Origin: Octopus vulgaris
Lineage: Eukaryota
Length of the DNA stretch: 64,000 bases
NCBI GenBank assembly: GCA_951406725.2
Contig: OX597824.1
Span: 64,976,001 to 65,040,000, forward strand
Reading direction: 5' to 3'
Shown here: piece after piece, positions 29,304 through 41,662 of the stretch
How the letters are laid out: every line of letters begins with the position of its first letter
Numbering within the stretch: position 1 is the stretch's first letter
Program-made: the position numbers and the translations under genes
Notes under the pieces: model-generated
The model's database searches: none
What the model saw: only the letters and a program-made list of their open reading frames with translations
Told to the model about the DNA's origin: nothing

Positions 29304-29914
29304 TTTCAACAATTGAGGGTAAAATTAATTAATTATTAATCAATTTCACCAAGTATTCAGTATGTAAAGGGACCATTTAAGGCGAATTCAAATTATTACA
29401 TTATATAAAAGGGCTTAGTAAAATAAATTACTTTGCCACATACTGAACTCATTAGAAATAGTAGCTAAAAAAACTTTTTTTAAACTATTTCTAATACTTA
29501 AAGAAAATCTCTCTCATATAGTGTTTGCTCAATTCAACTCACGAAAGTATGGGGGTAAAGACATTAAAAAATCAAATGCAAAGGTTATTTGAGAACGTAC
29601 GTTTCAAGATTACTCAAAAGCGATAAGAAGCCGAAAGGGTATGCTCCCACTTTCAGTGTTTTCAAATCCAAACCAAGGAGTTCTGAGCTGATGATAGAAA
29701 TGTCGAGTTGACTAATCTTGAAACGTACGTTCTCAAATAACCTTTGCATTTGATTTTTTAATGTCTTTACCCCTATACTTTCGTGAGTTGAATTGAGCAA
29801 ACACTATATGAGAGAGATTTTCTTTAAGTATTAGAAATAGTTTTAAAAAAAGTTTTTTTAGCTACTATTTCTAATGAGTTCAGTATGTGGCAAAGTAATT
29901 TATTTTACTAAGCC

Positions 29915-29922
<8 letters not shown>
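29302..29922. mobile_element. Family A element in inverted duplicate, ~215-bp near-perfect arms
   Basis: 29403-29617 against 29708-29922; flanked by (TA)n on both sides; homologous to 1770-2192. Confidence 0.9.
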
Positions 29923-29977
<55 letters not shown>

Positions 29978-30125
29978 TACTTCTCCAATGTTTAGAGTAT
30001 GCTTTTTTTTTCGGATATATCATTCACTGATGATATATATATATCATCAGTGAATGATATATCCGAAAAAAGAAGCACACTCTAAACATTAGAGCAGTAG
30101 TGTATTAATAGGAAGTAAACTATAT

Positions 30126-30195
30126 GGCCGATCATAGATTTCCAATGATTTCGCATCCATAACGCGCTTAGCCTTATAGACGATTCGTCAGACTC
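30126..30195 (-). ncRNA. Decayed hammerhead-like motif
   Basis: Minus strand: CTGACGA-A-T-CGTCTATA...TATGGATG-C-GAAA-TCAT-loop-ATGA-TC. Stem II is 8 bp with G-U pairs and stem III is 5 bp; stem I is poor. Confidence 0.55.
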
Positions 30196-30407
30196 CAATA
30201 GCCGCGAACATATAACCGTTTTTCAAACTAAAGATACAAAAACGTTACGGTCAGTTAATTTGGTAGACAAAAAAATATTGTCTGAGGCTTAAGTGAGACG
30301 GTTTATCGCCCATAGATCGATCCTGGTCAATAAATGCTTACAACCCTAATCAACGAATGCGGGAATCCTCGCCCTTAGATTGGTTCCATCCCGCAAATAT
30401 TATAGAC

Positions 30408-30656
30408 CTAATCCACGAAAGGGGAATCGCACGCTTGCAGCAGGTTGCGTTTAAAATGCGGAGAAGGGCTGCAGACCTCATTTCTAGAGTTTAAAAGGAT
30501 CTCTAAGTCTAGCGAGTCTTTTAGGATCCTTGCTCCTTCTGCTATGCAAAGCTTGCATCGACCGCTCCTGTTTATATACATCCCCGGTCGTTCTAAGGGT
30601 CTCCATTTAATTGCATATGGAGTTCCTTCATCATTAAGGCGCCAGAGACGTGACAT
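30408..30656 (-). pseudogene. Penelope-like element GIY-YIG endonuclease, C-terminal half (degenerate)
   Basis: SRLWRL...Y.IKW....Y....RCKLC.AE..RIL....LLNSRNE.....H matches the LSxxxW/IKW/CxLCxxE/LNxRxE/CxH pattern recalled from invertebrate PLE endonucleases. Confidence 0.7.
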
Positions 30657-32304
30657 AACGCCTTTCCGGAATTCTAAAAGGAAACCTATGGTTTGCAGAT
30701 GTTACTTAAAACCAGTTCCTGGCTAACAGATGTGTCTCCGAACTTGAGTATTGGTTGTGTTATCGCTTCTAGTTTTTCTTCCGTTGGTCCCGGATTTGAT
30801 GTTGCTGCTGCTGTTGTTGGAGCTGCTGTCGCTGCTGTTATTACAAGGCGTGGGTTGGATAATTCCAATGTTGCTGGCGTGGTAATCATCTCCGGCTGCA
30901 GTGTTAGTGTTGCTGCTGCTGTTGCCGGTGGTGTTGTTATTACCCGAAACAATAGATTCTTTTCAGTTTCTTTCATTAGCATATTTATCTTCATTGCTGC
31001 TTTTTTCCTATTATATTTTTACACTTTTTAGTCAAATGCTTCTGCTTGTCTGTCTTTATGTATTATTTTTTGTTTCCTCTTTGCCTCATACTCTTACTCA
31101 TATCATTTGTGTGATATTTTTATCCATGTATGTATACATACATGCTTTGTATGCATAAATATGTTAATATGCGTATACATGCATGTAGCATGTATATAAT
31201 ATAAATTAACTCTTTTCTTTGACAAGGACAGCCCTTTGAATTACAGATACAAGCTCTCCGACAAATATTCACAATTCCCGTCGACCAACATTATACACAA
31301 AAGGCTTGGACCGACCCAAGGTTATGGAAATCTACACTGTCTACAGTACCATGCAATGGGATCTAACCAGGTACCTCAGTTATTGCGAAGCTGCAACAAG
31401 TGCCATGCCTCCATTCACATACATGCTTACATACTTACATACATATACATGCATACATACATTCATATATACATATATACATACATTCATACATGCATAT
31501 ATACATAAATGCATACGTACATGCATACATGCAGGCATACGTGCATACGTGCATACGTACATGCATACGTGCACACATGCATGCATGCATGAATATCTAC
31601 ATACATATACATACATGCACGCATACACACATATATCTTTATACATACATACAATCACACACACGCATACGTATTTATATCCATAGAAGTATACATATAT
31701 ACACAAATATACATACATGTCAATACATACACAGGCACACATATATGTTTATACATGTATACATATAGATACGTACATTCATATGTATTCATATGTATAC
31801 GTACATATACATAAATATACATGCACACATACACGCAAAACATACATTCACATATACACATAATACATACATACGCACATACAAACATGAATACATACAT
31901 TAGACAACAACCAGTTCTTTGTTTGGGTGAAACGGAGAATTGAAAAACGTGTTGAACTTCCTTTTATTTATTTGAAAATTAGATTCTGCCAATATGAAAG
32001 AGGTATAAACAAATGTTGCTAATATCCGGCGTAATAACAATGACAGGATTTCAAACAGACCAATAATGCGAGCATAAACAACTAATACTTTTTTTTTTAA
32101 TACAAAGATAAAATAAAAGAGTGATTCTTCGTTGTCATTCACTTGACTATTTGTTACGAATAACAAAACGAGCTGTTCCTTTTTAATCCACTGTTGCCTC
32201 ATTACATTTAAATGTCAGCTATAACAGAACCGAAATTCTAGGCGTGGGCAAGAGAAATATTTTACTTAACAAAAACCCGTATACTGAATAATTACAATCT
32301 AGAC

Positions 32305-32625
32305 CAGGGGTCAGGGAACTTTTTTAACCAGTTACCCCAAAATATAGTTATTTACGCCAAAATTATCCTCTTTATCTGAAAGGAAGAAAATCATAGATTC
32401 TTTGAATTCAAAAGGTTTACTGAATCTATTTTATTGAATCTATATTAATCTATTTACACGTCCATTACATTGATCAGATACAGTGTTGCCTGAAGAAAAA
32501 TTTCTGTTGCAACAAGGAACACATTTTTTAATATAATTTTACTTATGTCTAGTGAGTCCTCATTACCCACAAGAATTTAATTTTTACCACACTTGGGGTA
32601 ATTTACCCCAGTTCGCCGACTCCTG
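32305..32625. mobile_element. hAT (Charlie-like) MITE
   Basis: TIRs CAGGGGTCAGGGAAC and GTTCGCCGACTCCTG. Left flank atctagac fits the nTCTAGAn target; right flank atttatat is a degenerate match. Confidence 0.7.
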
Positions 32626-32717
32626 ATTTATATTATAGAGTTAACTGTCGTATAACGAGGAAGTTTGGTGGTATACTTCTACTACTACAGGTAACTTGAA
32701 GACATAGTACACGTACA

Positions 32718-33295
32718 GGCGCAGGCGTGGCTGTGTGCTAAGAAGCTTGCTTCCGAACTACATGAATCTGGGTTCAGTCCCACCGGCATCTTGGGTAAGT
32801 TTCTTCCACAACAGCCCCGGACCAACCAAAGCCCTGTGAGTATATGTGATAGACGGAAACTGAAAGAACTTTGTCTTATATGTACACAGACGTAACAGAA
32901 GTAAATAGATACCCTTATAATCATTAAAATTTGTTTAAATCTGAAATCATATTTCCAAATTATTTATTAATTGTTATAATGTGAATATTTAATATTTAGT
33001 AGACATTCCCTTTGCCTTTTTCAATGCAAGGACCCTATGAATCATGTTATTGATCAGATGACGAATATTCTCTTGCGAAATTTCTTGCCAAGTTTCATGC
33101 ACGTGACAATGGGTGATGGTGTGTTTTACTTCCACGTAGCTTAGCGGTTTGGCAAAACAGACCAATAAAATAAGTACTAGGGTTTTTTAAAAATAAATCC
33201 TAGGGTCAATTTATTCGACTAAAAACCCTTCCAAGGCGGTGCTCCAGCATAGCCACAGTCTAATGACAGAAACAAGTAAGACATAAAAGGTAAAA
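32718..33295 (+). mobile_element. Octopus-type tRNA SINE in two pieces (32718-32880 and ~33110-33295)
   Basis: Both pieces are homologous to the 5' and 3' halves of 23972-24373. Confidence 0.75.
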
Positions 33296-33573
33296 AAATA
33301 CAATGACTATAATTTAACAATCATTAAATTTCTTTGCCACAGTGGATAATATGAAGAAATATGGCGTACATACAATAAATTATAATTTAACTCTTATCAA
33401 ATTGCTTGGTGCTGTACGAAATGATGAGATGAATATTACTTGTCAAAAGAAAAATATTTATTACCGTAAAGTACAATAAAACTGTACTCAAGCAGCAAAA
33501 AGAAATTAAAACAAAATTACTCTCTATATTGATATCATATCATGGAAGCTCACACACACTCACTCTCCTTCCC

Positions 33574-33614
<41 letters not shown>

Positions 33615-33731
33615 ATCTCTATCTATCTGTCTCTGTCTCTCTACCTATCTGTCTATCTTTCTGTATAATGCAGTATTGAGCACTCATTCACATTTCGATA
33701 TTAACACGCGTGTGTGTGTGTAAGTATATAT

Positions 33732-33895
33732 ATATAAACAACTTATAAACACGGGCAATAGAAAAATTATTTCAGCATGACATGTATCTATAGTGAATGT
33801 ATATTATAATGTGGAAATTGGCGATTTAAAGTCTGTTCTCGGCATATTGGCATTGAAATAATTTTTCTATTGCCCTTGTTTATAAGTTGTTTATA
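33732..33895. repeat. Inverted repeat with ~42-bp arms
   Basis: tataaacaacttataaacacgggcaatagaaaaattatttca and its reverse complement at 33854-33895. Confidence 0.8.
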
Positions 33896-34061
33896 ATTTT
33901 AACCTTTATAGGTATTTTAATATGCTGCCACTTTTGATGAAAATTATTTCTGAAAAAATGTTTATCCAATATTAGTAGTATATATATATATATAAAACAT
34001 ATGCATATATACATACATATATGTACGTACCTACCTCTACATGTATATATACATACATATA

Positions 34062-34235
34062 TGGGTACAGGACACCAAAAAACGTCGAACACAATGAGAA
34101 ACGAAACCATAAACACAAAACCAAGGAACTGGACATTTTTCTTAAACAACGATAAAATAGAGTACAGGACAAATAACACAAGGAAAATTCCCCTTCTTCA
34201 GTCGTCATGGTTTCATCTACTCTGTGTTTCGAAGG
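34062..34235 (-). mobile_element. Short element in a TA-rich tract, related to 59835-59970
   Basis: Both show cGAAA...aCTGA(A/T)GAAGGG followed by a T-rich tail. Confidence 0.5.
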
Positions 34236-34394
34236 TATATATATATTCATATGTAAGTCGAAAGTTAGGAATAACAAAATAACGAAGGTCAAAAGGACGT
34301 ACGTATATATGGAATATATATTAGCTTGATGCTTAGTATAAGATGGAAAAAAGAGTGGATGTATAACGTTTCGAACATGGCTTTTCGTCATTTT

Positions 34395-35621
34395 GAGCGC
34401 TACAATCATAAAATCTGGCAAACAGAACAAGCTGACTTTTGTACTTACATCAGTAGTATCCTCATCAATTAATGAAAACTTGCATTCTTTTAACTGTTTA
34501 ATGAGGTTTTCAAAGTAATAAGGGCCTAAAATATTTTTATATATTTGAGTAGCTTTGGTTCTTGCACATTTAATCAGGACATGCATAAATGTTCTATAAG
34601 TCTCATTGATAAATTATGTTCTGCAATGAAGGAACAAAGCTTAAGCTTGGCAGCTGCTACGTTTGTAATATAAACAGAAGTTGCAGGCTGCAGTAAGTCG
34701 GTCAGTATCTCACTTTTATTTTCTGAATTAACATTTTTAATATCATAAGGGGGATCAGCCATCTGAATGTGGCTAGGGTCAGGGCGGGGTGGTGGGGGTG
34801 TTACTGATGCATTTAGCCCCAGGCGAACATCAACGTCACCAGAAGTGCTGACACCATCTCGGTGTCCTTGCCAGCCTGCAAAGGGAGATCAGCCTCCCCG
34901 AAGATACGGATACTACACACGGACCGGTTTCGAGGTTATTGCCTCTTGTCAACGTATGGTAAGCACCGCTCTTCGTTGAGGGACTATCCGTTTTTCTGTG
35001 CCTCTCCAGATGAATTATACTGCCTTGAATTTCACGACAAAATTTACAGTATGCTCTTTCGATATTTGTTTTACTTGGTTCTAACCATGATGAAAATCGA
35101 GAATCCAATAAAAGTTTGTTCGATAATTTATGATTATATTGTTTAATTCTTTTCTTTGGCGGAGTTAAACCCAAGTCAATTTCATCACTGCTTTTATCTT
35201 TCGTATTCTTGCTGATCATGAAGGTTATAAATGACTCGTAATTAATAAAAGTTTAACGTGATAGTAAGGAAGCACTTGTCACTTATGTATAAAGGATGCT
35301 ACTGACTTGCATTAGAGGCGCAAGCCGGTGATATGTACGATACACATTCTGAATACGTTCTACACCAACTAGCTACCAATTAGCTATAAACTACCTCGTT
35401 ATAACATGTTGCAAAATATATTTTCATATAAAATAGTCCAGTAGTAATGTAATGTATTTATTGTTACATTGTTCACTTACATATGCTGTAAACTTTTTTT
35501 TTTTTATGTAAAGTGAAAAAATTTGAAAAAAGTACCAAATTATTGCAGGGTAACACCAAAAGTATTACCGCACACCAAAAATACCAAATTTGGTACAATA
35601 ATACCAGGTTCGGCAAGCCTG
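34395..35621 (-). mobile_element. hAT DNA transposon 5' half with transposase pseudogene
   Basis: Minus-strand terminus CAGGCTTGCCGAACCTGG at 35621. Peptides FSSWLE...AYCKFC...LERH (BED-like finger), KLCSFIAEHNLS and CARTKATQI..NILGP...FSL.DEDTTDVS, in shifting frames. Interrupted at ~34763-34988. Confidence 0.8.
34763..34988 (-). mobile_element. ~225-bp GC-richer insert carrying a mutated hammerhead motif (34918-34956)
   Basis: Interrupts the transposase. Minus strand TACG-TTGACAA-GAGG-CAATAA-CCTC-GAAA-CCGG-TC-CGTG. Confidence 0.65.
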
Positions 35622-38600
35622 ATTGTGACCAGGGATGTGTAACAACTCCTGATAGCCTAGTCAGTTGTGTGATCACCTAATGTGTGTGAGAGAGAGGGGG
35701 AGAGAGAGATAGTGGTGAAAAGTCTGTGAAGGTTACATAATTGGTACAAAGCCCGGAAATACAGAAATAGATAGAAAAAAACAAGCGAAGGTGTAAGAAC
35801 GGAGAAAAATAGGAAAAAATATAGAAAATTTATGGTAACAGACTGATGAAAAATTATATAAAAACCACTGTTGAAGAGCCTGTGAAGGCTACATAATTGG
35901 AGCATAGTCCGGGAAGGTAGAAGCTAATTTTTAAAAAGCAGGCAAATGTATAAGCACGTGTGGAGGTTTAGAACAAAAGTGGGGGGATATATAAAGAAAA
36001 AGGTGGGGTAATCAAGGAAAAAGTATTTATACACGGTTGGGGAGTCCTAAGATTTTTAATTGGTAAAATCCTGTTGTGAATTCCAGAGAAAAGTTGCTGG
36101 GAAGAAACAGTCGGGAAAACTGGAGTTGGAACTGTGTAGTGTGGCGATTTGCGTGGTGAAGAGAAAAGAGATAGAAAGAGAAAAAGAGACAGGAAGAGAG
36201 AAATGAAAAAGGAGTGCTCTTTGACATGAAAAAATTCTTAATACAGTTAAAATATTTGGAGAGGTATTTTTTTAAATTGGAATTATTATTTATATTTTTT
36301 TAAATCTATGAAAAAAAAAAGAATGACAAACTTTATGGAAAGAAGTTTTCATGTTGAATTGAGCACTTTTCGCTGTTTTTATCTATTCAAACACGCACGC
36401 GCGCACATACATGCTTACAATATGAACAGTAAGGTAATAGACAAGCTATCCTCGAACATCTGAGCCGTAATAGTCATATATAGACTCAGGCTGAAAGCGA
36501 AGTTTAGTGGAAGCAGTCGGATGATGAATGAAAGCTGCGGAGATGAAAGGAAGTGATAGAAAAAGTGGGAGACGAGATATACATTAAGAAGATCAGTTAA
36601 GTTTGGTTGTAAGTCGGTTTATATTAATAAAGGGTCTTTAGTATTCTCCTCTGCTAATCATATCCCATAAAATGAAAACGAAACGAAATCACTTTTGTAT
36701 GATGGCATACTTTCAGTCGAAGAATAGATTTCTTGTTACAATTTAACAATTATCATTTATGTTGAAAATAATTATGAGGAATGCATTCATCGTTTTTAAT
36801 TATTCACCCTGGAAATGATTCATTAGAATCTCTTTGTCTCAATTATGAAGAAATAGTGAACTTCTGAAAATTGCGTGCCACAATTAAATCATGGAGGAAT
36901 CAATTCTAATACATTTCCAAGTCAGTGAATAGAAACATATATTCTGAATATGAATATGAATTGATAGGAATGATGTTAATAGTCTTGTATTGTAATAGTG
37001 ATACGAGACTCCAGTTAATAGTTTATATATTAGCTTCGACTGCACAATCTTTATTAAATTTCCTTATTAAGAGCCAATGAAGGGACCTCTTTAAGGTAGC
37101 TAGATTTACTAGAAATAGCAGTCAAATTTCCCTCATTTACCATCTAACTGTCTTAAATATAAAGAAGGAAAACGCACAAAATAATCTATTCCGGAATACA
37201 TTATGTCTGGCAGGGGAGACGAAATGGCCATGGCTAGAATGTCTTTAATCAAGGGTCTGCGGTGGGAGGAAGACAAGAAGAAACCTATCTGCAACCGTTG
37301 CCTTAGTTCTAATGTTTGCGACAGAATGGAATCCTCCACTTAAGCTCCCCTCCCCCATCCTACTGCAAGAACCGTGTGGTGGTGTTCAATTGTGAGATAT
37401 ATTATGTCTACCAGCCACATAGAGCAGAGCAGGATTTGAACTCCGAATGAAAATGCTAGAAAAAATATTACAAGGCCTCAAATCCGTCGCTTTGGCGACC
37501 TCACCAATCCACAATCCTGAACTTGTACTTAATTTGATCAATACTGGAACGACGAAGGACATTGTTGGATTCACTTGGATTTGAACCAAGAGCGCAACGG
37601 GCTGGAATACATACTGCAAGGCATCAAATCCGACGCTCTTACGTTTCCGCTAGTCTACTATTGTATATTTGTATTTTATGTTACTGACTCCGAAAGAATG
37701 AAAAGCATAGTTGATCTCAGCTGAAGTTGAACTTAGAACGCAAAAGTACCAAAATTTGAAACAGCAAAGCATTTCGTCCGACTCAGCGTATTCGCCGCCT
37801 TAATCAGAAGAGGAAGGCCTATCCCCGTTAATCAGTCTGATCAATCAAGACTGATTGGATATAATTGTTTTCAGATCAGAGATTTCGCACGAACTCTTGT
37901 TACAGAGCGTAACTCCTCTCAGGGTAAACAAGAACCATATTACCAGATTGTGGTGTTAAAACGGAATTTAGACTATGTGTAACCGTTATTTGATATTGTA
38001 CTGAGTCAACTAATTCATTCTCAAACACATATCACCCAACACATACATGAAAAATAAAACGATATTGATTTATTTTCAGACTTGTTTTATGATTTCCAAC
38101 ATAGGTGCATCGACGCACACTATGAAAGGGGTTTGTGATCGATTAGATCAACTCTAACACGTGATTGGATCTTATTTTATTGAAGACAAAGATAGAAGAC
38201 AAGCTCAATTCTGGAGAGATTGAAACTAGGAATGTTATGGGTCAGATATAGCTAACACCACGAGACACTTCGTCTGGAACTGCTATTTATTCTGCATTCT
38301 AACGCCCTCCCAAAATTTCTTTGCATGACAGATAACATCTCTGATAACAAGTGAAATTAATCAACACTGATACAACAGAAATCCTTGTTTCTCAAATAAT
38401 TATTGTATCGTTATCATCATCACCATCACCATCATCATCACCATTATTGTTGTTGCTGTTGTTGTTGTGTTATCATCACCATCATCATCATCACCACCAT
38501 TATCATCTTCGTCGTCGTTGTCATTATTATTATCATCAACATCATCATCATTATTATTATTATCATTGTGGTGAAAAGATACCAAGAATGATTAGAAATT

Positions 38601-39073
38601 GCTGAATTAGGAAAGAGATAAAACATGAAATGTTTGATAAAGTAAGAAACAGAAGAGGAAGCATAAACGCCGAGCGGGGCGGAAGTAAAGGTTAGAGATA
38701 ATATGCTGTAGAACAACAATGTAAAGAATGCCTGATGTCGCCTCTTATTGAAACGATGCAATTTATTGATTCATAAGAATGGAACTAAACGTCGACAGAT
38801 CAGTTTTATGGAATCTTAAATTAGCTTCTGGAGAATCGAAATATGTAAGATAAATGAATGACTAGGAGGCGGCGAAATTACCTAAGGACGCCTTCTGCAT
38901 TAAAAATCAAATGACTCGGTGTTAATAGCTACAATTTTGCTCCATCACCGCCGATTTTGTTTTTACTCAGAACCTTCTTCACAGTAAGGTCTTTTTATTT
39001 AGCAGAAATACGTTCCTGAAGGTGTACATCACGATTAAGTTGATAGTATACATACATACATACATACATACAT

Positions 39074-39108
<35 letters not shown>

Positions 39109-39179
39109 TACATACATACATACATACATACATACATACATACATACATACATACATACATACATACATACATACATAC

Positions 39180-39870
39180 CATGTTGAGTCAAAAGTTTGT
39201 TCGTGTTTCAAGCGTTAATTGTTCAAAAAGGTTACATACAAAAAGCATTTATTCATCAAAATATATCTCACCATATTCTATTGTATCTTGCCATCGTTCT
39301 GCCTGAAGCTTAATTCCATTCTGATGTCATTTGGCTGGTTTAGAGGGGAAAAAACTTGCTACATCCGTTTCCCGCCTCATCTACATAGTCGAATCTCCGT
39401 CTGTGCGGGAAATAAGTCATAGCTCGGAAATTTGATGGTGCAAGATCTGAACAGCAGGCAGAGTGAGGCAACACTTCCAGCCCCTCAAGTTCCTCAAGCT
39501 TGTACTTGCTGGGGTATTGTCATGCGTAGGAGTGCTTGTCTTCGATTGACCAATGCCTGGTAGCGGGTCTTCAAAGTATTATGTACTCGCTGCAGTTGTT
39601 GAACATCAGGGACAAGCTCAAAGAACAGCATTCCCTTGAAAATCCATCAAATGCACAATATGACCTTCTGTTCCAACCACCATAGTTTGACAAGTTATGA
39701 AGCCTGATTTCCGCTATTAGAATTACGGAAATAGATCCATTTTTCATCCCTGTTTACGATTCGACGCCAAAAACGAGCATCTTGAGGATTTGCCAACAGT
39801 TGTTTACAAAGGTTCACACGTCGATGAGCGTAGTCATTGGCCAGTTCATGAACAGCTTCTCGACAGTGTC
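39180..39870 (-). pseudogene. Mariner transposase 3' remnant with TIR-like end
   Basis: Minus strand gives ALVNRRQ... and PHSACCSDLAPSNF (YSPDLAPSD motif). End sequence resembles a mariner TIR. Confidence 0.65.
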
Positions 39871-39879
39871 GGTTTACAA

Positions 39880-40494
39880 GGCTGAGATTATGGTTATATC
39901 AAAATGTCAAGCGCCGAAGCCAGTGGATAGGGAAATGAGAAACACTGGCTAAAGAAGGTCATCACCCACGTAAGGTGTTTTTATCTGTTGGGCGGGATAT
40001 GAAAGGTTTAGTCGACTTTCAACTTTTAAACCCAAACCAAACGATAACAAAGAAGATATACTGCGAACAGCTTGAGCGGTTTAAGTCTGCATCAGAAGAA
40101 AAATGATCACCTTTGGTTTCGAGACGAAAGGTGTCCTTCCATCACGAAAATGCTCGGCCACATACAATGAGGATGACATCTCAAAGACTGAAGCAGTTTG
40201 AATGGGAAACGATGCCCCACCTACCATATTTGCAGGACATTGCCCCATCTGATTATCATTTATTCTACAGTCTTCAAAATTATTTGGACGGAAAAAAATT
40301 AATTCTGTAGACGAGGTGAGAACAGTACTGGAGGATTATGTCACGGACAAGTGAATTTTGGAAGAGGGACCTTTGCAAGTCTACCAGATAGGTGAACGAG
40401 CATTGTAGAAATTGAAGGAGAATTGAAGAACTTTGTTTATCTTAATTTTGAAAAAGTATCAAAGAAACGCATTATTTATGGGATGACGCAATAT
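39880..40494 (+). pseudogene. Mariner transposase 3' remnant with right TIR
   Basis: ORF 40113-40310: FHHENARPH...PHLPYLQDIAPSDYHLFYSLQNYL. Ends ...gcattatttatgggatgacgcaaTA. Confidence 0.88.
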
Positions 40495-40513
40495 ATATAT
40501 ATATATATATATA

Positions 40514-40825
40514 TGGTGGTGGTGGTGGTGGTCGTCGTCGTCGTCGTCGTGGTTGTGGTGGTGGTTGTGGTTGTGGTGGTGGTGGTGGTGGTCGTCGTCG
40601 TCGTCGTGGCGGTCGTGGTGGTCGTGGTGGTCGTTGTGGTCGTGGTCGTGGTCGTGGTGGTCGTTGTGGTCGTGGTCGTGGTGGTCATCGTCGTCGTGGT
40701 GGTCGTGGTGGTCGTGGTCGTCGTGGTCGTCGTGGTCGTCGTGGTAGCCGTGGTGATGGTGGTCGTGGTGGTCGTGGTGGTCGTGGTGGTGATGGTGGTG
40801 ATCGTGGTTGTCGTGGTTGTCGTGG
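40514..40825. repeat. Mosaic (GTG)/(GTC) trinucleotide array
   Basis: Directly visible; source of the poly-Val and poly-Thr ORFs. Confidence 0.95.
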
Positions 40826-41165
40826 GTTTACACGTTATGGAGCTCATTGGAGCTCCTCGTTTGGCGATTAGAGTTCAGTTGTTCAACCAATTAAATTACC
40901 TGCCCCTGAATTAACGTGTAAGAGGATGAATATTCCACAGGCATGTGTACCCCTCAGTGTGTTGTGACATACCTCTATCTTTTGAATTACAGGTACAAAC
41001 CATCCGAGGGTCTTCTATACAGTTTCTTTCTACCCAGTTACACTCACAAAGCTAAAGAAATTTACATTTTCCTTAGACATCCCCCACTGGGATCGAACCC
41101 AGGATGTTGTAGTCTAAACTGAACTTCTTAACCATTCGACTATACTGTGCCTACACCACACACAC

Positions 41166-41254
<89 letters not shown>

Positions 41255-41269
41255 TGTGTGTATGTGTGT

Positions 41270-41570
41270 GTGCTCCCACACTCTCCCCGTTCTCCCTTCT
41301 TAACCACCTCTACAGAATCGCATACTCACTCGGTTGCTAATCCCTTGCACAGTTTTCCTCTTTCTTTCTGTCTTTTCTTCTCAACCAGTTCTTTTTCTCT
41401 CACTCCCACGTTTTTTTCTGGTGAAGATCTAACGCCTGAAACGCTAAGACTCTTTCCCTATCTTCATTAAACATTAAATTCATACAATATTTGCTAAAAA
41501 TTGTCCTGCTTCTGTTGTTTTTCTTTTTTACTTATTATATTTGCAATGTGTGTGTATTTGGATATACACA
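41270..41570 (+). mobile_element. Old microsatellite-embedded element with eroded hammerhead-like core
   Basis: CTGGTGA-A-GATC..GCCT-GAAACGCT at 41418-41445. Layout (pyrimidine tract, motif, T-rich tail) parallels 46545-46760 and 56620-57045. Confidence 0.4.
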
Positions 41571-41630
41571 TGCGTGCATACATACATACATACATACATA
41601 CATACATACATACATACATACATACATACA

Positions 41631-41662
<32 letters not shown>

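Larger units (their letters stand above)
29973..30720 (-). mobile_element. Penelope-like retroelement remnant (family B): endonuclease C-terminus, 3' hammerhead-like motif, terminal hairpin
   Basis: ORF 30408-30656, motif 30126-30195 and palindrome 29973-30104. Confidence 0.7.

Noticed and set aside
30028-30050. CTGATGA at the palindrome centre as a ribozyme core
   Set aside because: It pairs with its own inverted copy and has no stem II-GAAA geometry.
30686-31031. Ala/Thr-rich mucin-like ORF
   Set aside because: Low-complexity (GCT/GTT) sequence adjoining the Penelope remnant; no splice or domain evidence.
34362-34392. Minus-strand ATGACGA-AAAGC..GTTC-GAAACGTT motif
   Set aside because: Core C3 is missing and stems I and II are poor; too degenerate to count.
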